This document shows, in pieces, positions 18,583 to 28,701 of a DNA stretch of 64,000 nucleotides (position 1 is its first letter; each line of letters begins with the position of its first letter). This DNA is from a bacterium (GTDB lineage Bacteria > UBP15 > UBA6099 > JAJRTR01), in contig JAJRTR010000135.1 of NCBI GenBank assembly GCA_024278215.1, positions 11,651 to 75,650 of the forward strand, in the 5' to 3' direction. The translations under genes and the position numbers were made by a program. A model generated the notes under the pieces. That model did no database searches and was not told where the DNA came from. It was given only the letters and a program-made list of their open reading frames with translations.

Positions 18583-20067
18583 ATGGCGGGAATACTGATA
18601 AAAAACGGAACGGTGATAGACGGCACGGGCAGTCCCGGCAGGCAGGCCGACGTACTCGTTGAAGGTGAAAGAATAAAAGAGATCGGCGAAATATCCGAAG
18701 AAAATGATAAAAAAGCCGACCCGGAAATCCGTGTCGTCGACGCCGCCGGCAAAGTCGTCTGCCCCGGTTTCATCGACATACACGGCCACAGCGACTTCTC
18801 CGCGCCGGTGCGCGGAGAGATGGAAGAGAAGATCAGACAGGGCGTAACGACCGTCGTCACAGGCAGTTGCGGCTTCTCGGGCGCGCCCTCCAACCCGCGC
18901 TTCGTCAACTATTTCAATCGCTACACCGGCGGCATGTTCGGCAGGGAATGTCCGTTCGAGTGGCAGAGTATGCGCGAGTATCTCGAATATCTTGTGGACA
19001 AAGGCATCGCCGCCAACATCGTGCCGCAAGTGGGGTTCGGCAACCTGAGGGTGATGGCCAGGGGGCTCGCGCCCGGCGCGGCCAACAAATCGCAGATAGA
19101 CGAAATGAAAAATATGCTCGCGCAGGCGCTCGACGAAGGCGCGCGCGGGTTCACTACAGGTCTGGTGTACCCGCCGCAGAGCATGGCCGGCGCGGACGAA
19201 ATAATGGAATTGGTCAAAGTGCTGTCGGGGCGCGACGCGGTCTACGCCACGCACGTTCGCAACGAGATGGACGAACTGGAAAATGCCGTGCGGGAAGCCG
19301 TCGACACTGCCCGCGCGGCGGATGTTTCACTCCAGATATCGCACCATAAGGCGATCCTCCAGCGCAACTGGGGCAAAGTCCGCAACACAATCGCCATGAT
19401 CGAAAAGGCACGCGCGGAAGGGCTCGATGTCGAAACAGACGTCTATCCCTACACTGCTTTCTCGAACGTCATCATGCCGTTCTTCTTCAAATACGAACCC
19501 GGCATGGAAGACAACATCCTTTTTCTTCACATGAAGCACTACAAGGAATGCGAGGGCAAAACACTCGCCGAAGTCATGCGCATGAAACACATGGGCATCA
19601 AGCGCCTGATACTTACGATGGCGCTCAAAGAAGGCCTTACCGGGATGCCCATCGCAGGCTTCATGATCGGCGAAGAAGACCTGAATTTCCTGCTCGCGCA
19701 CCCCATCGTATCCATCGGCTCCGACGGCGTCGAATCATTCGGTGAAAAGGCTCATCCCCGGCTCTGGGGCACTTTCCCTCGAATGCTCGAAAAATATTGC
19801 CGACAGGACAAACTTGTCTCCATCGAGGAAGCAATCCGGAAAATGACGACTATGGCCGCACGGAAATATCACCTGAAAATGCGCGGCGAACTTAAAGAAC
19901 AATACTTCGCGGACATCGCAGTGTTCGACCCGGCGAATATAGCAGAAAACACCACATATCGCGACCCCCTGCAACTGCCCACAGGCTTCGAGGCGGTAAT
20001 TGTCAATGGAAAAATCGCAGTCTACAAAGACGTCCGCACCGGCGAGCGCGCGGGCCTCCCGCTCTGA
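18583..20067 (+). CDS. D-aminoacylase family amidohydrolase (second paralog)
   Basis: PGFIDIHGHSD, GVTTVVTGSCG, YATHVRNE, ISHHK, GSDG...HPRLWGTFPR. Confidence 0.9.
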   Translation: MAGILIKNGTVIDGTGSPGRQADVLVEGERIKEIGEISEENDKKADPEIRVVDAAGKVVCPGFIDIHGHSDFSAPVRGEMEEKIRQGVTTVVTGSCGFSGAPSNPRFVNYFNRYTGGMFGRECPFEWQSMREYLEYLVDKGIAANIVPQVGFGNLRVMARGLAPGAANKSQIDEMKNMLAQALDEGARGFTTGLVYPPQSMAGADEIMELVKVLSGRDAVYATHVRNEMDELENAVREAVDTARAADVSLQISHHKAILQRNWGKVRNTIAMIEKARAEGLDVETDVYPYTAFSNVIMPFFFKYEPGMEDNILFLHMKHYKECEGKTLAEVMRMKHMGIKRLILTMALKEGLTGMPIAGFMIGEEDLNFLLAHPIVSIGSDGVESFGEKAHPRLWGTFPRMLEKYCRQDKLVSIEEAIRKMTTMAARKYHLKMRGELKEQYFADIAVFDPANIAENTTYRDPLQLPTGFEAVIVNGKIAVYKDVRTGERAGLPL

Positions 20068-20108
20068 CAGCCGATGCGCCGAAAGGAAATAAGCAATAGT
20101 GCATAATC

Positions 20109-21407
20109 TTATTCCAGCAGCTTTCGCCATGCGCCTGTTGCGTCGTATATCTTTTCCCTGTTGGCGGCGATTATCCGCGGGTCGGCTTCCCTGAAACAGG
20201 CGTGTGCAACCAGCAGGGCGGTCACGTCGGATTTCGCGACAGCTTCCTCGAAACTCTTTTCAACTTTAATATTTTTTCTGCCCACGAGCGCAGGCGGCAA
20301 TCTTTCGGCATAGGGCTCGACCACTATAACGCGCATCCCCTCTATGTCTGAAAGCAGTGCGGCGACTTCAACGGCCGGCGACTCGCGGAAGTCGTTTGTG
20401 TCCGGCTTGTACGCGAGCCCGAGCACGGCGACAACGGGATTCTTTTTGCCGCCGCACATTTTTTCTATCTCCCGCACTGTGTATGTCGGCATGCCATCGT
20501 TCACTTTCCGGGCGGTCTTTATCAGTCGCGCCTCACTCTTCGCCCCGTGATAGAGAAACCACGGATCGATCGGAATGCAGTGTCCGCCCACCCCGCAGCC
20601 GGGCGAAAGAATATTCACTCTCGGGTGCTGATTGGCAAGTGAAATCAGTTCGTCGATATTCACGCCCAGCTTCTTTGCGATCAGCGACAGTTCGTTCGCC
20701 AACGCAATGTTCACGTCGCGGAAAGTATTCTCGGAAAGCTTCGCCATCTCGGCGGTCCGGCAGTCGCTGATGAAAATGTCGCCTTTAACGATTGTGCGAT
20801 AGAAAGACCGCGCCCCCGCCGCCGAACGTTTGTCTATTCCACCCACGATGCGGCTGTTGTTCTCGAGTTCGAACATAATGTTGCCGGGCAGCACACGCTC
20901 CGGGCAATAGCACATATAGAGAAGTCCTTCTTCACAATCCCGCCACTCTTCGGCATCGGAATATTCGGGAACTTTCAGTTCGGGCCGCCTGCTCTTTATT
21001 CTCCGGGCCATCAGTTCAGTCGTTCCGACCGGGCAGGTGGATTCAATGATGATCATGTTGCCGGGCTCGATGACCGGAACTATCGTATCGACCGCTTTTT
21101 CCACGAAAGAAATATCCGCAGTCGTATCTTCATTGATAGGGGTCGGCACGGCGATAATAAAGACATCCGCCGGTGCCGGGGTCGTCGATGCCGTCAGGCG
21201 TCCGGACCCGACACCTTTTCTAACCATCTCATCGAGCTGTTTCTCGTGAATATGTATCCGCCCCCTGCTGAGCTTTTCCACGATATCTTCCAAAATATCC
21301 ACGCCGTGTACCCGGAAGCCTTTGTCGGCGAGAAGCGCGGCCGCGGGCAGGCCTATATACCCCAGCCCGACCACGCATATCCGGTTGTCAAGCATTTTTT
21401 CCTTCAT
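20109..21407 (-). CDS. wecC: UDP-N-acetyl-D-mannosamine dehydrogenase
   Basis: GLGYIGLP, IAVPTP, ESTCPVGTT, CPERVLPG, KLSENTFRDVNIA, GVGGHCIPIDPWF. Confidence 0.9.
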   Translation of the reverse strand: MKEKMLDNRICVVGLGYIGLPAAALLADKGFRVHGVDILEDIVEKLSRGRIHIHEKQLDEMVRKGVGSGRLTASTTPAPADVFIIAVPTPINEDTTADISFVEKAVDTIVPVIEPGNMIIIESTCPVGTTELMARRIKSRRPELKVPEYSDAEEWRDCEEGLLYMCYCPERVLPGNIMFELENNSRIVGGIDKRSAAGARSFYRTIVKGDIFISDCRTAEMAKLSENTFRDVNIALANELSLIAKKLGVNIDELISLANQHPRVNILSPGCGVGGHCIPIDPWFLYHGAKSEARLIKTARKVNDGMPTYTVREIEKMCGGKKNPVVAVLGLAYKPDTNDFRESPAVEVAALLSDIEGMRVIVVEPYAERLPPALVGRKNIKVEKSFEEAVAKSDVTALLVAHACFREADPRIIAANREKIYDATGAWRKLLE

Positions 21408-21504
21408 ATAATGCCTCTCATCTTTTTATGAGAACAGATTCGCAATATTTAAGCAAATTATTCAATTTCACTCTGCCGGAGCATCATTTAGAAACAGGCA
21501 TAAA

Positions 21505-21531
21505 TTATAATACAGCAAGAGCTAATTGCAA
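21505..21531 (-). promoter_or_regulatory. Putative hybrid promoter for wecC (-35 inside a family A TIR remnant)
   Basis: Minus strand TTGCAA-N16-TATAAT; the TTGCAA lies within GAGCTAATTGCAAAAT. Confidence 0.4.
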
Positions 21532-21634
21532 AATATTGTTTGTAAGGAGGCCCAATCTGATGTAGCAGCCCCAATTCTGCTCATGACCTTCAAGTGAAAG
21601 GTATTGGGGCAACCGTATTGGTGAAATATGTGGG
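21519..21634. repeat. Remnants of a family A end (21519-21540) and a family B end (21613-21634)
   Basis: GAGCTAATTGCAAAATATTGTT and CCGTATTGGTGAAATATGTGGG. Confidence 0.6.
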
Positions 21635-21881
21635 ATAAGCGTAAACCGTACGGCACAATGATATCACTTAGTGGTTGAACGAAAACCTGCACCTGCCGGA
21701 GCAGTTTTTCGCTCGACCACTTTTCAACATTTTATCACGAAGATCACGGTCTTTTTATTGCCATAGTTATTATTCATGCGATTTATTACAGCTTTCTTTG
21801 CATTTGAATTGCCGATCTTCGTTTGCGCTTTTCGTGAATTTTTCCTTTAATACAGGCCTTTTCAGGGTTTTTGTTCAGCCC

Positions 21882-24782
21882 CTACTTAACTTTGATAACG
21901 GTCGGTGTGATAACGATAACAACTTCGTATTCTTTCACAGTACGGCGTTTTTTTCTGAACAGGGAGCCGACGAGCGGCAGGTCGGAGATGATCGGGAAGG
22001 AGACGCGTGTGAGGCTGTCCTGGGTCTTGATCATGCCGCCGATGATGAAGGGAATCTCATTTTCCATCTTGATCTCGCTGACAATGTTGCGGACATTTTC
22101 GATGGGGTAGCCCTGGCTGGTAGTACCGGTAACTTCAGATATTTTCAGGTCCATATCGAGAAGGATGTACTCGTTTCTGAAGTGGGGAGTGGCTTTCAGG
22201 ACGAGGCCGTCGTTGGCATATCGGATTTCGATCTGGTCGAAAGCCACGACGGTATACGGTTGTCTTTCAGAGAAGTCGAATGTGACTGCTGTTGATTCTG
22301 AAACCATGACGGAAGGATTTGCGATGATTCTGGAGTTGATCTTCTCGACGAGTACGTCGAGCGAGGAGGCGAACCCTGCGACGCGTTGAGCGAGAGTATC
22401 GTACACGAAGAAGCCGTTGGATGCTTTGACGTCGTCTGCTTTTACATCGTGGGGCATACCGTCGAAATAGGATTCGGTGCCGTTGAAGATCGTGTCTCCT
22501 TCGATGAGGCCGCCAAGACTTACCCTGCCGTCCTGGTAGGCGTAGCCGAGTTTGTAATTTGACTGGTCGTTGCGCAGGAGTTCGACAAGCTGCACGTCGA
22601 GTTTGACCTGATCGTAGGGCTGATCGAAGCTCTTGACTATCTCGCGCATCATGTCCATTTCAGGTTTTCTTGCGATGGCATATACGGAGGAATCTACAGT
22701 GCTGGGGAAGAGTGCCCACTTGTCGCTCTGGAGGTATCCGTCGCTCTTGTCTCCATTGATTTCGCTGACGTCAGAGAGTTTAACACTCACGAAGAAGTCG
22801 CCTTCCGGACCTACGTCCAGTTTAGTGGACCCCTGGGACCGCATAAGTGTTGTCAGCAAAAGAACCGCGCGTGTCGGCGGATAGTATGTAAGTTTGAAAA
22901 CTTCGAATTCGAGGTTATCAAATATGTTTCTGTCCATAGCCTCGATCAATTTTTTAATTTTGGGCATGTACTGGCGCTGTGTGGAAATGACTATCGAGTT
23001 GGTTTGCTTATCGACGTTAATGTCTGTGACACCGTAGTCGTCATCCACATCGCCTTTCAACCCGAATCCGGGCAGGTTGGAGATTCTGTCGAGGATTTTA
23101 CTTTTTTCCATGTCGCTTACAGATATATTCTTGAGATTGTAAACTTCCGTGATATATTCGCGTTCTTTTACATCTAGACTGCGAACGATCTTAAGAACTC
23201 GTTCGTAGTCATCCTGTGTGCCGATATAAGTGATGGAATTTGTTGTGTCGTTGAAAGCCAGTTTGGGTTTGCCGGCGCCTCCCCGTGCTGTGCCGAGCAG
23301 GTCCGTCTTAAGTTCTTCCAGTTTTCGCAGGTCGGAAACCATTGCATACTTTAGCGGAATGACCTTGGCCACTGTGACACGGGAGGGGATGTCGAGTTCC
23401 TTGACGACGTTATAGAAGCGCTCGTAAATGTAGTCGTCGCCGACGAAGACCATGGAATTTGAATCGTAATCGATGGTAAGGGTGTTGATGCTCGAAGCTG
23501 TCTGAGTTCCAGAGGCTACGACCGTATCGGCAGTGATCTTTAGTCCGCCGAAGTATGAGTTTGTTACGAGTTCCCGCAATTCATCCAGAAATGCACTGTT
23601 CAGTTCGACGTATTTCAGCCTGACGATTCTAGTGACCTGGGTGGCGCGTTTGGTGACCTTCTGCTGGGGTACATCGAGAGTGGCGAGCAACTCGCGAGCG
23701 CGGTTCAGGTCCCTGTCGATGCCGCGCATGAAAATGAGGTTCTTGCTGTTGTCACATCCGAGGTCCGGAATAACTGTGCTGAGTTGAACGATGATATTGC
23801 AGGCATACGAGTATTCAGGCTGGATGACGACAAGTTTCATTTGTGAGCCTGAATCTTCATAGACTGTTCCTGCTTCGACGGTTTTGACACCTGTAAGAGC
23901 GGTGTCTTTGCTCATTATGGCGTAGTAATCGCCGTACTTGCGCCATGTCCAGTTGTTGGAAGCGGCGATTATGTCGAGAGCGTCTTCGAGCGTGATGTGG
24001 GAAAGAGTGACAGTGATGCCGCCGCCGACAGCGCCGGAGGCGTTCATGGTGGCGCCACTGCTGACCAGTGATGATTCGACGACGATGTTGGCGCCGCCTG
24101 CTGCTTCAGACAGCAGGCGCACTGTCTGGGAAATATCCGCATCCTGGAGTATAACCGGTCCGACAATGTATGGAGATGTGTCGTATTCTTTTACGCGGTA
24201 TGGTATTTCCGCCGAGTTGGGCGCGAGGCCCGTCTGGGTATAAGGAATCTGGGTTGTGCCCTGACGTTCGCCCGGCACGTGAATCACCGGCGGGATTTCA
24301 AAGGAAGTTGTGGTCTGGGCCTGGTCTGCGCCCTGGGGTTGTCCCTGGGCTGTGGATTGCGTGGTCGCGGGCACGGCCGCGGGCCGTGTAGTAAGTTGGA
24401 AAGTCCGGCCATTATCGATCAGGTCGAAGTCGTAGTCGAGTTTCTGTTGTGAATGTACGGAAACGAAAGTAGCGGTTTCGCCGTTGACCTGGAGTTCACG
24501 CACAGAGATGTTGCTGACGCCGGCCTTGCCGATTTTCAGGTCATTGTACGGCAGGCCGAGAGTGGTGTTGTAGAGTTGTATGAGCAGATGAGGTGGCGAA
24601 TCGAATTCTTTGACTCTGTAGCGGAATCTCTGGCTGCCTTTAAGCTCGATGACCAGTTGTCCGTCCTGCATCTCCCTGTAGTTAAGTCTCGCCAGCCTGC
24701 CGGTTTCAGCGGATAACCCGATGCTGCAAAGCAACGCCAGGACAGCGGCTATTATAACGCTTTTTTTCTTGTTAGTTGCCAT
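21882..24782 (-). CDS. pilQ: Type IV pilus secretin PilQ-like (AMIN + several N3 repeats + secretin domain)
   Basis: Signal peptide; repeated ..L.Y / D..TNSI / I..LD N-domains; QVKLDVQLVE, IANPSVMV, IIGGMIK, P.ISDLPLVGSLFR; last gene of the pil operon. Confidence 0.85.
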   Translation of the reverse strand: MATNKKKSVIIAAVLALLCSIGLSAETGRLARLNYREMQDGQLVIELKGSQRFRYRVKEFDSPPHLLIQLYNTTLGLPYNDLKIGKAGVSNISVRELQVNGETATFVSVHSQQKLDYDFDLIDNGRTFQLTTRPAAVPATTQSTAQGQPQGADQAQTTTSFEIPPVIHVPGERQGTTQIPYTQTGLAPNSAEIPYRVKEYDTSPYIVGPVILQDADISQTVRLLSEAAGGANIVVESSLVSSGATMNASGAVGGGITVTLSHITLEDALDIIAASNNWTWRKYGDYYAIMSKDTALTGVKTVEAGTVYEDSGSQMKLVVIQPEYSYACNIIVQLSTVIPDLGCDNSKNLIFMRGIDRDLNRARELLATLDVPQQKVTKRATQVTRIVRLKYVELNSAFLDELRELVTNSYFGGLKITADTVVASGTQTASSINTLTIDYDSNSMVFVGDDYIYERFYNVVKELDIPSRVTVAKVIPLKYAMVSDLRKLEELKTDLLGTARGGAGKPKLAFNDTTNSITYIGTQDDYERVLKIVRSLDVKEREYITEVYNLKNISVSDMEKSKILDRISNLPGFGLKGDVDDDYGVTDINVDKQTNSIVISTQRQYMPKIKKLIEAMDRNIFDNLEFEVFKLTYYPPTRAVLLLTTLMRSQGSTKLDVGPEGDFFVSVKLSDVSEINGDKSDGYLQSDKWALFPSTVDSSVYAIARKPEMDMMREIVKSFDQPYDQVKLDVQLVELLRNDQSNYKLGYAYQDGRVSLGGLIEGDTIFNGTESYFDGMPHDVKADDVKASNGFFVYDTLAQRVAGFASSLDVLVEKINSRIIANPSVMVSESTAVTFDFSERQPYTVVAFDQIEIRYANDGLVLKATPHFRNEYILLDMDLKISEVTGTTSQGYPIENVRNIVSEIKMENEIPFIIGGMIKTQDSLTRVSFPIISDLPLVGSLFRKKRRTVKEYEVVIVITPTVIKVK

Positions 24783-24804
24783 AGACCAACCTGTTCTCCG
24801 GATT

Positions 24805-25557
24805 TTAAAACATCCTTTTCGACGGACCTTCTTTCTTGCGGTTGCTGTTTCCCTCTACATAGTCGTTAAACGTCGGTGGCCTGGTGGTTTCACCCTCCTG
24901 GCCTGCATATTCTTCTCCGTACTTATCTTCCAGGTACTTTTTATAAAGGTCGTTTATGTTGTCCATTTCTTTTATCTTCAGTTGTGTTTCCTCTGGTTCA
25001 ATCCTGGCTATTCTCTTTCGGGTAAACATTGTGAGGCGAAGTTCCCGCTTATTTCTTTCGAGTGTCACGTCATATTCGGAAATAGCCTTTACGATGGAGC
25101 CGTTTTCAAGGACGTCGCCTTCGCGAACTATTTTGGTTTGCTCGCCGACCTCGATCATGGCGATCTGGCCGGAGGGCGTCATCGCGGTGCCGATTACTCT
25201 GAATTTTTCACCTGCCAGTCTTTTCAGAGTATCCCAGTCGCTTTCCATGATACTAACGGGAACAAAGGGATCTCTGCGACCGGTTTTTCTGTTGAAATTC
25301 GGGTAAATCATATCAAAACCGGCTTCTTTGATCAAGTCTGGTTTTTCTTCTTCGACATTTGTGGTTTTCGCGGCAGTCGCGGCGGCTTTTTTAGCCGCGG
25401 CAGCCGGTGGTTTGCGCCTGGTGGCAGCCGGCCCCTGCATCTGCGGACGAGCGGGCGGCGCGCCGGCTTTTTTCCCGCAGCCTCCAATAGTAATCGCCGC
25501 AACGCAGATTACTAATGAAAACAAAAAGGTGCAGATGTGTTTGGCTGTTTGATTCAC
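24805..25557 (-). CDS. pilP: PilP-like lipoprotein
   Basis: Lipobox-like ITIGGC; GRRDPF.P and AMIEVG....IVREGD motifs; lies between pilO and pilQ. Confidence 0.7.
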   Translation of the reverse strand: MNQTAKHICTFLFSLVICVAAITIGGCGKKAGAPPARPQMQGPAATRRKPPAAAAKKAAATAAKTTNVEEEKPDLIKEAGFDMIYPNFNRKTGRRDPFVPVSIMESDWDTLKRLAGEKFRVIGTAMTPSGQIAMIEVGEQTKIVREGDVLENGSIVKAISEYDVTLERNKRELRLTMFTRKRIARIEPEETQLKIKEMDNINDLYKKYLEDKYGEEYAGQEGETTRPPTFNDYVEGNSNRKKEGPSKRMF

Positions 25558-26333
25558 GGTCGTCGGATCGGTTCCTTCTGTTGATTATTCAGGCTCAGTT
25601 TTTTCGATGTGTCCTGCTTCTGGATGTAAAAAGTCAGGGGCATATTGGCGCTTATTTTCACATAACCCCCAACCTCGATTTCCCGGCCTGTTTCAGCGCT
25701 TCCTCCGGTTTCTGATTCACTCTCGGATTTTTCTTTGCTTTGTTGCGGTGTCAACGACAGGTGATCCACCACCACGAGTTTCGGGAATGTGGACAGTTCA
25801 TTCATGAAATTGTATATGTTCTGGAAAGAGCCGTCGATTTTAAAATCGACATTTGATTGTGCGTATTCCTTGTTGCTGTCGAATTTTGTAGCCTGGTTCT
25901 TCTGGTTCCCGGCGGCGGGCACGGGTGCTGCTCTTCGCGCGCCCGCTGTTGCTTTGCTGTTGGCATTGGGTTTCGGCGCCCGTCGCGAGGAGGGTTTTAT
26001 GTAGTTTATATCGACATGTGTGGCAAGCGCAAGGTTTTCGATCAGCACGAGCACACGGGGTATGAAAACTTCCTGTGGGAAGAACTTCTCGAGCCGGGCA
26101 ATATCTGCTTTCAGCCGAACGATCTCTTCGCGGGTTTCGGTGAGGAGTCTTTTTGTCAGTTCTATTTCCCTTACGTCACGTTTTTTTTCTTCCACGATCT
26201 TTTCTTTTTCCTTGATGGCATCTTCCATAGGTACATATTTATAGAAATAGAAAAGAGGAATACATGCGAGTTCGAGCACAAGCAGAACTATGATGATCAG
26301 GTTTCTGTTTGCTGATAGCGAACCGACTTCCAT
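25554..26333 (-). CDS. pilO: Type IV pilus assembly protein PilO
   Basis: TM + coiled coil; P.E..IP.VL..I..LA and G.FQNIYNF.N.L...P.LV.V motifs. Confidence 0.85.
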   Translation of the reverse strand: MEVGSLSANRNLIIIVLLVLELACIPLFYFYKYVPMEDAIKEKEKIVEEKKRDVREIELTKRLLTETREEIVRLKADIARLEKFFPQEVFIPRVLVLIENLALATHVDINYIKPSSRRAPKPNANSKATAGARRAAPVPAAGNQKNQATKFDSNKEYAQSNVDFKIDGSFQNIYNFMNELSTFPKLVVVDHLSLTPQQSKEKSESESETGGSAETGREIEVGGYVKISANMPLTFYIQKQDTSKKLSLNNQQKEPIRRP

Positions 26334-26344
26334 CTAAAAGAGCC

Positions 26345-26962
26345 TCACTGTCCCGGTTTTCTGCGCTGAGCGTTACCGGTGTTGTCGGATTTCTCCGCTT
26401 TGGGCGCCAGGCTCATCGAGCCTGAAATTTTAAACTTTTTTACAACCGCGTCGAAATCGGATTTGCCGCTCGAGTTGGATGCCGCGGCCTGGTCCAGAGT
26501 TACGGACCCGATATGGGATATTGAATTGAATTGCAGCATGAAAAAGCCTATGGACGCGAATGTGAAAGTTCTGCCCTCAATACTGTATGACCCGGAACGC
26601 CTGCCGTCGAATCTTGTAAGCCAGACGTCTTTTGGTATCCTGTCGCGCATCTGGTCGAAGAAATCGATCCATTGTTCCTGGTTCTTGGATATGCCGTTGA
26701 CAAAATCGCGTTTCCCCTGTAGATACTCCTTGTCGCCTGTCGCGGTCTTGTATTCGGTGATAATCTGCTCGAAATCTTTTAAAGCGAAGTTAAGTTTCTT
26801 GATGTCTGCGTCGAGCTCAAGGTTTTTCGTATCGTTTATGGCAATAACAGTCCCGATTCCGGCAGCGATAAGGATGCCGATAACAAACAGCGGCCACAGG
26901 GGCATCCTGAACCCTTCGCGGATTTCGAGTGATATTTTCGGTTGAAGATTTATTCTTATCAT
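26345..26962 (-). CDS. pilN: Type IV pilus assembly protein PilN
   Basis: N-terminal MIRINL.P motif, TM, coiled coil, IPKDVWLT. Confidence 0.88.
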   Translation of the reverse strand: MIRINLQPKISLEIREGFRMPLWPLFVIGILIAAGIGTVIAINDTKNLELDADIKKLNFALKDFEQIITEYKTATGDKEYLQGKRDFVNGISKNQEQWIDFFDQMRDRIPKDVWLTRFDGRRSGSYSIEGRTFTFASIGFFMLQFNSISHIGSVTLDQAAASNSSGKSDFDAVVKKFKISGSMSLAPKAEKSDNTGNAQRRKPGQ

Positions 26963-26968
26963 AAGCTT

Positions 26969-28174
26969 TTACGCGCTGAGGTTTCCTGCCTGTGTTGTAC
27001 TGCCGAATTCATAGTTCGGCTCGATGGAGACTCGCAGGCAATGCCGGCCGATAATCTTGGGCGGTGCCTGCCTCAGCGAAAGTCCGGCCGCCACGCTCAT
27101 ATACGGCACGAGAGCAGCGACTCTTTCAGGCGATTCGTTTCCTATGTACACCATGTTTTTCAGCGGATTGGCATGAACCGCCGGGATGCCCAGATCGTCT
27201 TCGAAATATCTGGCTATTCCCTTCAAATATGATCCGCCGCCGGTGATGATTATTTTCGTTACATTTTCTCCACGGTATTTCGATGTATAGTATGCGAGCG
27301 ACCTTCTTATCTCGAGAGCCAGATTCTCAATGTGAGGCCGTATAAGCTCATACACATCGCGCGTCTCGTCGTCTATCTCGATGAACTCCGATTCCTCGTC
27401 TATAAAAGCGAGTCCTTTTTCCTTTTTCAATCTTTCCGAATCGAGGTATTCGGCTCCGAAGCCCGATTCAATAGCGTGTGTCAGCGTGTCGCCGCCTGTG
27501 CCGAATATCCTTGTGAAGCGCAGGATGCCGTTTTTGAGAATGCTGACACTTGACGCGCTTGCGCCAAGGTCCAGAAGCAGAAATGTTTGTGTAAAAGTAT
27601 CCTGATCGTCGAAAAGTGAAGCCTCGACTACCGAACGCAGCATGACAAAAGGGTCCACGTCGATTTCGACAGACTCGACACCGCCTATATGTGCCGCTTC
27701 GACTCGCCTCTGTACCGCTTCTCGATGGGCCGCGACGAAAAGCACACTCGTCTGTTTCACATCTCCCTGCTTTATTTCTCCCAGCACCTCGTAGTCGTAT
27801 TCCATTTCATCCAGCGGGAACGGAAGAAAACGCTCGACTTCGCCTATCGCCGCGACTTTCAGTTCTTTATCGCTGAGGCCGACCGGCAGTGAAACCTGCC
27901 TGATGACAACCGCGCGGCCCGGAAGAGAACACACAACTCGTTTCTCTTTAAAGTTGTAAACTTTCAGTATCTGGTATATCGCTTCGCCTATGGCGTCCGC
28001 ATTGTTGATCACGCCGTCGGTGATCGAGCCGATGGGCGTGGCTGCGAAACCGACATTCGCCAGTTGCAAACGAGCAGAAGTCGGCACGATATGCACCATC
28101 TTGATGTATCTCGTCCCTATATCAAGGCCGACTTTTGCCGAGTGGCCGCCTGATCCCAATCCGAAAATCGCCAA
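26969..28174 (-). CDS. pilM: Type IV pilus assembly protein PilM (FtsA-like)
   Basis: VGLDIGT..IK, LPFPLDEM..DY, LDLGA, EIRRSL.YY, ITGGG. Confidence 0.93.
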   Translation of the reverse strand: MAIFGLGSGGHSAKVGLDIGTRYIKMVHIVPTSARLQLANVGFAATPIGSITDGVINNADAIGEAIYQILKVYNFKEKRVVCSLPGRAVVIRQVSLPVGLSDKELKVAAIGEVERFLPFPLDEMEYDYEVLGEIKQGDVKQTSVLFVAAHREAVQRRVEAAHIGGVESVEIDVDPFVMLRSVVEASLFDDQDTFTQTFLLLDLGASASSVSILKNGILRFTRIFGTGGDTLTHAIESGFGAEYLDSERLKKEKGLAFIDEESEFIEIDDETRDVYELIRPHIENLALEIRRSLAYYTSKYRGENVTKIIITGGGSYLKGIARYFEDDLGIPAVHANPLKNMVYIGNESPERVAALVPYMSVAAGLSLRQAPPKIIGRHCLRVSIEPNYEFGSTTQAGNLSA

Positions 28175-28219
28175 TTTAATTGCACCTTAATCTTAGTAAT
28201 TTGCCTTTCGCACTGCTAA

Positions 28220-28394
28220 CCCGCATATTTCACCAATGCGGGCCAAAAATCGGGAGAATGCCTGTAATACAAGGCGCGGCAAGTGAGTGGTGCGGGAGCA
28301 TACTGCAGGTATGTGACCAATCCCGAATCGCCGCCGCAACGCAGTAGAACAGGCGTTATAGCGATTTTCCGGATTTCTTTGCGAGAAATCCGGG
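28220..28394 (+). mobile_element. MITE family B (ERIC-like core), full copy 2
   Basis: CCCGCATATTTCACCAATGCGGG...CCGGATTTCTTTGCGAGAAATCCGGG; flanks CTAA/CCAA (one mismatch). Confidence 0.88.
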
Positions 28395-28409
28395 CCAATA
28401 ATTAAGTGA

Positions 28410-28438
28410 AGTATATTATATATACTACTATACAGCAA
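28410..28438 (-). promoter_or_regulatory. Putative sigma70 promoter of the pilMNOPQ operon
   Basis: Minus strand TTGCTG-N17-TATACT in AT-rich DNA. Confidence 0.5.
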
Positions 28439-28603
28439 GACAAAAAAATTTTTCCTGATTCTGAATAATCTGAATTTTCTCGGGGTTAAAATATCGGCAA
28501 CGCCGGCATATAAGCCGAATAATGTCGAGATTTACTCGGTCTCCGTATCGACCGAATATTGAATATCGCCGCCGAAAACCCGTTCGGCTTCTTTTCTTCT
28601 GTC

Positions 28604-28645
28604 GAGCCGATTGCTAAACTCTGATTCTGCTGCGGTCGGCTCTAT
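28604..28645 (-). repeat. MITE family A end remnant
   Basis: GAGCCGATTGCTAAACTCTGATTCTGCTGCGGTCGGC matches 106-143. Confidence 0.75.
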
Positions 28646-28701
28646 TATTCTTCCGGCTCTCTCATGCTTTCCGAGGAGCCGGATACATTAAATATATTAA
28701 G

